A stretch of DNA of 24,000 bases from Acidobacteriota bacterium (GTDB lineage Bacteria > Acidobacteriota > Terriglobia > Acidiferrales > UBA7541), in assembly GCA_021818865.1 (NCBI GenBank), contig JAKASX010000002.1:3209-27208 (forward strand), written 5' to 3'. The notes under the pieces are model-generated. The model was not told the DNA's origin, made no database searches, and was given only the letters and a program-made list of their open reading frames with translations. A program made the translations under genes and the position numbers. Positions 15,620-21,591 of the stretch are shown here, piece by piece. How positions within the stretch are numbered: the first letter of the stretch is position 1; each line of letters opens with the position of its first letter.

Positions 15620-16834
15620 ATGGCGACGCAACCACAATTCGACGGCCGATTGATTCCGCCGGCGGGATCGCGTTTTCATTCCTCGCTTGCGAGAGAGATA
15701 GCCGAACGGAGAACGCAGGCAATCGAGAGAACGCGAGGCCGGCTCTTCGACCGCTATCTTTCAAGGCCCACGCCGGAAAAAAAGAAAAAAGGCCGCGATC
15801 CGCGCGAGGCTCTACCGAAGGGCGACGATATAGCGAGCCTGGCCGATACATTTGGAGCAAGCGAGCGCCAGAAACAACAGGCACTCGCCTACGACGAACG
15901 GCCTGGCCTGCACCGGAAGGCAAAGCGCATCGCGTTGTGTGGCAATCTCGGGAAGCGGCAGAACTGCATGGCGGAGGACTCACACAGGTTTTATCGTCCC
16001 TGCCGCTGTGGCTGCCGCTATTGCCCAGAGTGCGGGCCGGCGTGGTTTCGTAAAAAATTCTCTGATTTGCTCTTCGCGCTCCCGCCACTAATCGAGCGTC
16101 TGGTGAGTGCGGGAGAGAAACGCGGCCGGCGTGTAGTGATTGCGAGGTTGGATTTCACCGTGCGGAACACCGGAACGATGCCAACGCCGGAACAGGTCCG
16201 TAAATTTCACCGCAACATTCACCGCTTTTGGAGGGCGGTTGAACGTCGCTTCGGAATTGGACGCGGTGAGTACGGCTGGGCTGGTTGCGACGAGTTCGGC
16301 GGGTCGAATACGAACCTACATCGACATTGCGTCTACATCGGTCCCTTGCTTCCGCAGCACGGGCGGGACGTAAAAAAACTGGGTTACAAGAACCGAAGAA
16401 AAAAAAGCGGCCGCGCCGCCAGTGGATTTTCTAAGCATCTACTCTCAGATATGTGGAGTGAGGTGTGCGGCGAAGAGGCCCACGTTTCGATTAAGCTTTC
16501 AAAGGATTTTCCTTCGGCCCTTGCCCATGCGCTGAAGTATCCAGCAAAATTCCTTTCCCAATCGAATCCCGAACGGCTCGCGGACCTTGAAGCGGCGTTT
16601 CACAAAACGCGCCGTTTTTCGACGGGCGGCGCGTTCTACCGATTGAAGGCGCTGCGTGAGCCTGGCGAAGAATGCGCGCTTGGTTCCTGCCCGATCTGCG
16701 GCGCGCGACTCGCCGAAGTCGTAGAAGGTTGGGTGCCGCGCGCAGTGTTGCTCTCCGAGGGCCGGAGCGACGTGGCAGATGTCCGCCGCGACGTTTCGAG
16801 ACAGAAAATTTTCAGCGGACAAGGCCCGCCATGA
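15620..16834 (+). CDS. HUH-superfamily rolling-circle Rep / relaxase-like initiator (element 1)
   Basis: The motif order is that of single-Tyr RCR initiators. Motif I is ARLDFTV. Motif II is NTNLHRHCVYIG, where the HUH reads H-R-H. Motif III is LAHALKYPAKF (Y-x-x-K). There is an N-terminal Cys/His cluster (CGNLGKRQNC...H...CRCGCRYCPEC) and a C-terminal CPICG. It is homologous at motif level to 21592..23166. Confidence 0.6.
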   Translation: MATQPQFDGRLIPPAGSRFHSSLAREIAERRTQAIERTRGRLFDRYLSRPTPEKKKKGRDPREALPKGDDIASLADTFGASERQKQQALAYDERPGLHRKAKRIALCGNLGKRQNCMAEDSHRFYRPCRCGCRYCPECGPAWFRKKFSDLLFALPPLIERLVSAGEKRGRRVVIARLDFTVRNTGTMPTPEQVRKFHRNIHRFWRAVERRFGIGRGEYGWAGCDEFGGSNTNLHRHCVYIGPLLPQHGRDVKKLGYKNRRKKSGRAASGFSKHLLSDMWSEVCGEEAHVSIKLSKDFPSALAHALKYPAKFLSQSNPERLADLEAAFHKTRRFSTGGAFYRLKALREPGEECALGSCPICGARLAEVVEGWVPRAVLLSEGRSDVADVRRDVSRQKIFSGQGPP

Positions 16835-17076
16835 CCCTTCTGCCGGCAAAACGCGACCGATTCAAAGAAAGCGAGGAAAGGCAAAACGTTACCAGTGTGG
16901 TTGTCGCGCGGATTGAGCCGTGTGCTGGGCACTTTCACGTTCTTTGGAAATGCCCGGATTGCGGTTCTGAGGGTATGGCCAGGTACGACGGCGAGCCGAT
17001 CTATGTCGAATGCGAGAAAACGGGCCGAATTTTCGTCTTGCAGGTGCAGGGGAAACCGCGTGGCCCAGCTGAGTAA
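16831..17076 (+). CDS. small zinc-ribbon-like protein (81 aa)
   Basis: The ATG at 16831 overlaps the Rep stop (ATGA). The product is ...EPCAGHFHVLWKCPDCGSEGMARYDGEPIYVECEKTG.... Confidence 0.45.
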   Translation: MTLLPAKRDRFKESEERQNVTSVVVARIEPCAGHFHVLWKCPDCGSEGMARYDGEPIYVECEKTGRIFVLQVQGKPRGPAE

Positions 17077-17338
17077 TACGTCTAACTGTGTCGCCGCGGA
17101 GGCGACTGACGCCCTGGAACGGCACTATACCGTCGAGGAAGTCGCGGCGGCGTGGCATCTGTCGCGCGATGCGGTGCGCCGCATCTTTGACGGCGAGCCG
17201 GGGGTGTTAGTGATCGAAAACCACTCAGCCTTTCGGAAGCGGCGCTATCGGACGTTCAGAATCCCCGCTTCGGTCGCGCAGCGTGTGCACAGGCGTCTAT
17301 TGACAAAGGGGCAGCCTGTCGGTAGGTTGCCGGCATGA
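17060..17338 (+). CDS. Xis-like / excisionase-family HTH DNA-binding protein (element 1)
   Basis: The GTG at 17060 follows AGGGGA. The product is 92 aa, the same length as the element 2 homologue. ERHYTVEEVAAAWHLSRDAVRRIFDGEPGVLVIENH...RTFRIPASVAQRVHRRL shows 52/72 identical residues with 23651..23929 by hand alignment. Its position is immediately upstream of int. Confidence 0.6.
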   Translation: MAQLSNTSNCVAAEATDALERHYTVEEVAAAWHLSRDAVRRIFDGEPGVLVIENHSAFRKRRYRTFRIPASVAQRVHRRLLTKGQPVGRLPA

Positions 17339-17478
17339 GAAAAAAGAATCAAGCGGCAGTGGCACTCGGACGCAAGGGTGGTTTCGCGAGGGCCAAAAGA
17401 CTCTCGGCAAAGAAACTTTCGGAGATTGGTCGCATGGGCGCTGCTGCCAGGCTGAAAAAGAAAAAACCGCGATGCTGA
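17335..17478 (+). CDS. 47-aa Lys/Gly/Ala-rich basic peptide (below the ORF-track cutoff)
   Basis: The ATG at 17335 overlaps the Xis stop (ATGA). The product is MRKKNQAAVALGRKGGFARAKRLSAKKLSEIGRMGAAARLKKKKPRC. It overlaps the int start by 7 nt. A homologous start (MVKKEKNKNIHAAALGTQGGR) sits at the same position in element 2. Confidence 0.5.
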   Translation: MRKKNQAAVALGRKGGFARAKRLSAKKLSEIGRMGAAARLKKKKPRC

Positions 17479-18599
17479 CGATTTACAGAAGGCATCGGAA
17501 GGCCTGCTCACGGCGAGCGGACGGCCGCGCCTATCGGCGCTGTCAGTGTCCCGTCTGGGTTGACGGCCTGCTTGGCGGTAAGGAAATTCGTCAATCGCTT
17601 CGCCTGCGGGACTGGCAGAAAGCGCAGGCGCGAATCCGAGAGTGGGAAGCGAAAGACCGGATCGAGCAGGATGTGCGGGCGACCGTGGCCGAGGCGTGGA
17701 ATCGGTTCCTTGCCGATGCTGAGGCGAGAAAGCTTCGGGCGGGAACGCTCGGAAAGTACAAGTCCCTTCGCCGACAGATGGAATCTTTTGCTGTGAATCA
17801 GCGGATCAAATTTCTCGATGAATTCAGCCTCGATACTTTGGGTGATTTCCGGGCGGGCATCGGCGGCGCGGCGCTCAACCGGCTTCGGGCTTTCTTCCGT
17901 GTGGCATTTGAGCGGCGCTGGATTCCCGACAATCCCGCGCGCGTGCTGAGGCCCGCCAAGATTCAGCGTAGACAGACAATGCCTTTCTCGGCCGAAGAGA
18001 TGGGAAAGATTCTCGGAGCGGTCGAGGGATACGCCCAGTATGCGGGCCGAGACTACGCGCACCGTCTTCGCTCGTTCGTTCTCCTGTTGCGGTACTCCGG
18101 AATGCGGATCGGAGACGCAGCGCAATTGAAGCCGAATCGAATTGTGAATGGCCGGCTTTTCCTCTACACGCAGAAAACGGGTCAGCCGGTCAACATCCTA
18201 TTGCCGGGTTTCCTCGGGCGCGAGCTTGTAACCTGTCCACGCGGAGCGAATGGGCATTTTTTCTGGAGCGGCGCTTCGACGGTGAAAACGGCTGTGAGTC
18301 TTTGGCAGCGGAGGTTGGCGAGTCTGTTTAGGCGTGCGGAAGTGAAGGGCGGCCACGCGCACCGTTTCCGCGATACGTTCGCGGTGGAATTCCTTATGGC
18401 CGGCGGAACGATGGAGCAGCTATCGGTGCTGCTCGGGCATTCCAGCACGCGCATCACCGAGCGCCACTATGCTCCTTGGGTCGAGGCCAGGCAGCAGCAA
18501 TTGGACTCGTTTTTGAAGCGCACTTGGGCGCGCGATCCGCTCGCTCTCGCTGCGGCGAGGGGTACACGCGGGGTACACGGCGGGAAACATGTCAACTAA
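17472..18599 (+). CDS. int: tyrosine recombinase / phage-type integrase
   Basis: The catalytic signature is present: box I Arg (LLLRYSGMRIGDAAQL), HxxR (GHAHRFRDTFAVEFL) and the C-terminal LLGHSSTRITERHYAPW with the nucleophile Tyr. It has an N-terminal SAM-like core-binding region. It ends 24 nt from att core copy B. Confidence 0.9.
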   Translation: MLTIYRRHRKACSRRADGRAYRRCQCPVWVDGLLGGKEIRQSLRLRDWQKAQARIREWEAKDRIEQDVRATVAEAWNRFLADAEARKLRAGTLGKYKSLRRQMESFAVNQRIKFLDEFSLDTLGDFRAGIGGAALNRLRAFFRVAFERRWIPDNPARVLRPAKIQRRQTMPFSAEEMGKILGAVEGYAQYAGRDYAHRLRSFVLLLRYSGMRIGDAAQLKPNRIVNGRLFLYTQKTGQPVNILLPGFLGRELVTCPRGANGHFFWSGASTVKTAVSLWQRRLASLFRRAEVKGGHAHRFRDTFAVEFLMAGGTMEQLSVLLGHSSTRITERHYAPWVEARQQQLDSFLKRTWARDPLALAAARGTRGVHGGKHVN

Positions 18600-18622
18600 G
18601 TTCTTGAAAATGCAAGGCGGAA

Positions 18623-18646
18623 GGATGGTGCCGGGGGACGGAATCG
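18623..18646. repeat. att core copy B (attR of element 1 and attL of element 2)
   Basis: GGATGGTGCCGGGGGACGGAATCG is identical to 11366-11389. The sequence to its right does not complete a tRNA: there is no GACGG T-stem partner and no GCCGGGG acceptor 5' strand. Confidence 0.85.
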
Positions 18647-18660
18647 GAACGCGCACGGGG

Positions 18661-18697
18661 GTTGAACGCGCGCAACTTATTGATTCTGCGTTCCGCC
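18661..18697. promoter_or_regulatory. conserved arm block next to att core (partner of 11404-11440)
   Basis: GTTGAACGCGCGCAACTTATTGATTCTGCGTTCCGCC starts 14 nt after the core. 29/37 positions are identical to the partner by hand. Confidence 0.45.
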
Positions 18698-18821
18698 GTA
18701 GTCGCCCAGACCGCCCATTCAGCCGGAGTCACACACACGCGACACACACGGCGGGGGAAGGCAAAGCGAAGCGGTGAAGTCTGGGCAAATGATCTCACTT
18801 TTCCTCTCCGTCTTTCCTTCG

Positions 18822-18854
18822 CTCTCCGAGGCGTGCTCAACCGGCCTCGGAGAG
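18822..18854. other. perfect 10-bp inverted repeat (hairpin/operator) in the left arm of element 2
   Basis: CTCTCCGAGG (18822-18831) and CCTCGGAGAG (18845-18854) are separated by a 13-nt spacer. Confidence 0.6.
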
Positions 18855-18863
18855 CTACTCAGT

Positions 18864-18895
18864 GACCGTCTGAATTTGCCTGTGGACCGTCTGAA
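18864..18895. repeat. two direct copies of GACCGTCTGAA, 21 bp apart
   Basis: The copies lie at 18864-18874 and 18885-18895. A degenerate inverted copy (TCTGAAACGGTC) lies at 18913-18924. Confidence 0.6.
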
Positions 18896-19007
18896 GCTCT
18901 ATGCTGATAGTGTCTGAAACGGTCGGTTTTCCTCATAATCGGCCTTCTTCACCATGCGCGGCGCGTTCGGCGGCCTGAATTTGTTCTGGGGGGAAAGACA
19001 GTGAAAA

Positions 19008-19754
19008 ATGCCGAAAGAAGCGCCGAAACCAACCAAGCAACAACCTGACAACGACAAAACCTGCCCCGTCTGTGGGGTATCCGGCTTTTCGAGCGTCCAC
19101 GGCCTGGTAAACCACGTTCGCCGAATCCACGGCGCAGCGGCCCAGCCAACGTCGTTCCCCGCTCGCCCGAGCAATCAGCCCAGGCCGGCCGATACTCGCC
19201 CCGGTGCAACCGCGGTGGCGGCCGAGGAGCCTGAAGCCGGCAAGGTGAGCGGTGAGGCCGAAAGCGAACCCATTCGCTGCCCTGCTTGCGAGAGCACCGT
19301 TTCGGCTGACGGAGCGACGCTCGTGCGGGAGTCGCCGCGCTTGCGCGCGCTGCGAAATTCCGAGGTGGCGCTTTCGAACCTGGAAACGGACAACGTGGAA
19401 TTGCGGGATGAAATCGGAGCGATCAAGCAAGACGCGGTGGACCTGGACGAAAATCCAACGCTCCGGCTCGAGCTCGTCCGCATCGAGAACGAAAAGCTTG
19501 CCGAGCGCATCCGCGCGGCGGGCAAAGAGCCGGTTTGTTCGCCCCGGCGCAGCTACGTTCACGGCCTGTATTTCGACAACGCCCCGGCGGTGGATCTCGC
19601 CATTGCCGATGCCGAGGAAGACCATCAGCGGCTTGCTGAGCAGGCGGAAAGCTTCGGGCAGACGGGCGGCAAGAGCGACGCCGAGGAACAACCGGCGGCG
19701 GAGCGAAGGCAAGCCCGCAGGTTCGCGCTGCGAGGTTTGCGCCGGTCGGCGTGA
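19008..19754 (+). CDS. C2H2-type zinc-finger plus coiled-coil protein (element 2 cargo)
   Basis: CPVCGVSGFSSVHGLVNHVRRIH reads as C-x2-C-x4-F-x5-L-x2-H-x4-H, very close to the classical C2H2 finger. There is a second CPAC pair. The central heptad-like segment is LRALRNSEVALSNLETDNVELRDEIGAIKQD...LELVRIENEKLAERIRAAG, and the tail is acidic. The antisense 332-aa ORF is Arg/Pro/Gly-rich and I reject it. Confidence 0.6.
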   Translation: MPKEAPKPTKQQPDNDKTCPVCGVSGFSSVHGLVNHVRRIHGAAAQPTSFPARPSNQPRPADTRPGATAVAAEEPEAGKVSGEAESEPIRCPACESTVSADGATLVRESPRLRALRNSEVALSNLETDNVELRDEIGAIKQDAVDLDENPTLRLELVRIENEKLAERIRAAGKEPVCSPRRSYVHGLYFDNAPAVDLAIADAEEDHQRLAEQAESFGQTGGKSDAEEQPAAERRQARRFALRGLRRSA

Positions 19755-19824
19755 AGGGTCGCGCCTGCCCGCGTTCGGCGCGGCTGATTGTGCGTCTCCC
19801 CGCGATTTGCTAAATTCGCGCGGA

Positions 19825-19850
19825 GCCTGGGTATCCCCCGGATCCCAGGC
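19825..19850. terminator. strong hairpin between convergent genes
   Basis: GCCTGGGTATCC CCC GGATCCCAGGC forms an 11-bp stem with a 1-nt bulge and a 3-nt loop. There is no clear U-tract. Confidence 0.35.
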
Positions 19851-19968
19851 TCTCGCTCGACGTAACCCCGTCCACGGTCCGCCTCCGGCGCACGGTGCGG
19901 AAACTACGCGCCGCGAGGGGGACCGAATCACTTCGGCTCACGGTGGGGGCATTCGCGCGCGGACGTTG

Positions 19969-20616
19969 CTAAAACCCCCTCAAGTGCTTCTGGCTGATTT
20001 CTGCGCGCTCTGACCGAGACATTGCGAGCAAGTGCTCCTTAAGGGTACCTTGCTTCGCGGCCTCTCTTTTCCGCCGTTCCCGCAAGCGACGTTCTACGGT
20101 ATGAGCCGAAATACCGTGGCTTTTGGCGACCAAGGCGATCGCGTTCCGCCAGGTTGTCCAAGGCGCACCACAGCTCGGTTGCTTTCTCTTCAACTCCACT
20201 TCGTCACAAAAACGATCATCTTCCCTTCGACTGGTTTTCCGGCGTCGGCCTGGTCTTGCCTTTTTTTCGGGAAAGGCGCGCAACAGGGTGAGCAAGGCAG
20301 ATCGGAAGGCAGTTTCGTGCCCGGAAGCTTCGTCCAAGAGCCGCAGGAGGGCTCGGGAATAGAGCAGCTCCTGCTTCACGAGCGGGTCAGTGGAGCAGGC
20401 ATCGAAAAAGTCTCTGAGCAATTGGTACGAGTCGCGGGAATCGGGAGCTGCTATACGCTCAGATTTCGGACATTTGCCTTCTGCCTCTGTTGCGACAGTC
20501 GTTGTCTCGGTAGCCAAAATTACCGCATTTGCCACAGGTGCCCCGCCTATCCCGCTGTGCTTCTTGGGCTTATGGTTCAGCGTTGGTAGCCAAAATTGGG
20601 TACCCTTTTGCCGCAT
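19969..20616 (-). CDS. putative regulator with C-terminal HTH (element 2 backbone)
   Basis: 215-aa ORF. Its C-terminus, WRNAIALVAKSHGISAHTVERRLRERRK, parallels the HTH of 14093..14695. It is divergent from the small basic ORF, as in element 1. The 5' 110 nt contain two GGTAGCCAAAATT repeats (20509-20521, 20585-20597), so the true start may be further downstream. Confidence 0.5.
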   Translation of the reverse strand: MRQKGTQFWLPTLNHKPKKHSGIGGAPVANAVILATETTTVATEAEGKCPKSERIAAPDSRDSYQLLRDFFDACSTDPLVKQELLYSRALLRLLDEASGHETAFRSALLTLLRAFPEKKARPGRRRKTSRREDDRFCDEVELKRKQPSCGAPWTTWRNAIALVAKSHGISAHTVERRLRERRKREAAKQGTLKEHLLAMSRSERAEISQKHLRGF

Positions 20617-20696
20617 TGACTTCCCATGGCGTGAACGGTCATAAGAGTATCACTATGACGAAACAAAAGCGAAAGCGAAAGTAAGGAGAAGACGAC

Positions 20697-20879
20697 ATGG
20701 CGCGACATGTACTGACGACCGAAGAGAGATTGCGGGGAGTGCGCGCCGCGATTCGAAAGATGCGACGCACCAAGCGCGGCCCCGTCTGGCTGATTCCTTC
20801 GATGGAGCGGCACGCCGAAAAATTGCAGGACAGGCTCGACCGCGAACGCCAAACCGGGCAGCCGGGCTCGGGGCGTTAG
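20697..20879 (+). CDS. small basic protein (60 aa), homologue of 14755..14964
   Basis: AAGGAG lies upstream. MARHVLTTEERLRGVRAAIRKMRR is similar to the element 1 protein. It is followed by a hairpin. Confidence 0.55.
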   Translation: MARHVLTTEERLRGVRAAIRKMRRTKRGPVWLIPSMERHAEKLQDRLDRERQTGQPGSGR

Positions 20880-20911
20880 CACCGCTGAAACAGTTCGTTG
20901 AAAAAAACAAA

Positions 20912-20934
20912 GGGCCGCGCTTTGAACGCGGCCC
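20912..20934 (+). terminator. perfect 8-bp GC hairpin after the small basic ORF (no U-tract)
   Basis: GGGCCGCG CTTTGAA CGCGGCCC. It lies inside the 5' part of track ORF 20898.., which argues for a later start of that gene. Confidence 0.4.
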
Positions 20935-20951
20935 GGAAAGGAAGCTCACAC

Positions 20952-21320
20952 GTGCAACAATCATCGCACGAAAATCCACGAAAAGGCAATCCGCCAGGCC
21001 CGGGATCCCCGCAGTCCGATTCGTCTCAGGCAAGCCCGCGCTGGACCGTTCGCGTCCCCGCGTTGCGGCTCGTTGAATCCGCGAACGGCTCTTTGCTTGC
21101 GCACACCGATATCGAGCTTTCCTGTTGCGGCGAAACGCTGCGGGTCTACGGGCTTTCCGTTCTCGAAGGCGATGCAGGCGCCCGCTGGGTGAGCTGGCCG
21201 CAACGCAAGGGCCGAGAAAAATATTTCCCTGTCGTCGCCGCTTCGAAGGGCCTGCGGTCCCTGGTCGAATCCGCGGTCTTGGCGCGGTTCGATGCGCTCA
21301 AAAGCGAAGGCGATTCGTGA
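20952..21320 (+). CDS. SpoVG-like nucleic-acid-binding protein
   Basis: The GTG at 20952 follows GGAAAGGAAG. The core WTVRVPALRLVESANGSLLAHTDIELSCCGETLRVYGLSVLEGDAGARWVSWPQRKGREKYFPVVAASKGLRSLVESAVLARF follows the SpoVG pattern (V-x-V...G-x-L-x-A...I-x-L...V...G...G...V-x-x-P-x-R-K...AVL). The N-terminus is Pro/Ser-rich. Confidence 0.5.
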   Translation: MQQSSHENPRKGNPPGPGSPQSDSSQASPRWTVRVPALRLVESANGSLLAHTDIELSCCGETLRVYGLSVLEGDAGARWVSWPQRKGREKYFPVVAASKGLRSLVESAVLARFDALKSEGDS

Positions 21321-21473
21321 TGAGTTTACGACTTAGGGCCGGCAACGCAGGACTCGCAGACCATGCGACCGGCGACCTAAACGGGCTGCGGGGGCGACCT
21401 TGCAGCTTGGAACGACTCCCAGCCGGGTTGCGGAATGGTCCCCTTTCGCAGCCCGGTAGGGAGGAAAAGAGTC

Positions 21474-21544
21474 TGCGCGGGGTGCGGGGCAGCGCCCCGC
21501 GCATTTCCGGTTTCTGCTGGCGCGCGCGGCGGCCTGGCGCGCGC
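21474..21544. other. structured GC-rich non-coding segment upstream of Rep 2 (candidate origin or regulatory region)
   Basis: There is a 9-bp inverted repeat, TGCGCGGGG (21474-21482) with CCCCGCGCA (21495-21503), with a nested alternative GCGGGGC/GCCCCGC stem. The direct repeat CTGGCGCGCGC occurs at 21517-21527 and 21534-21544. Confidence 0.5.
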
Positions 21545-21591
21545 CCTTTACTTGTCACAAACCGGATGACCCTTCCGGGCGGGGAGGGGGA

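Larger units (their letters stand above)
11366..18646. mobile_element. Integrative element 1 (7,281 bp repeat-to-repeat): tyrosine integrase + Xis-like + HUH Rep-like, inserted at a tRNA-3'-end att site
   Basis: It is bounded by identical 24-nt direct repeats. The integrase stop codon lies 24 nt from the right repeat. The gene content is cargo, regulators, CHC2 zinc finger, Rep, Xis and Int. The left flank is the end of the chromosomal BNR gene. Confidence 0.8.

Noticed and set aside
15777-15792. A-rich homopolymer runs in high-GC coding sequence, considered as possible slippage or frameshift sites: AAAAAAAGAAAAAAGG in Rep 1, a run of 8 A near 16390, and an A-rich stretch at 17455-17466.
   Set aside because: They simply encode Lys runs in basic linkers. 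No alternative frame downstream gives a plausible extended product.
17069-17116. The idea that the Xis-like gene of element 1 lacks a canonical start and uses CTG (17069, or 17114 after GGAGG).
   Set aside because: An in-frame GTG at 17060, preceded by AGGGGA, gives a 92-aa product of exactly the same length as the element 2 homologue. No non-canonical initiation is needed.
18623-18730. A complete minus-strand tRNA gene (possibly long-arm type) starting from the ...GGCACCA 3' end.
   Set aside because: When folded by hand, the T-stem 3' strand CCGTC has no GACGG partner 7 nt upstream. No GCCGGGG (or G-U variant) acceptor 5' strand exists within 110 nt. The same holds for the copy at 11366. 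Both are therefore truncated att cores, not genes.
18729-18750. A CA-rich microsatellite-like stretch (CACACACACGCGACACACAC) in the left arm of element 2.
   Set aside because: It is short, interrupted and not repeated elsewhere. I have no basis for assigning it a function.
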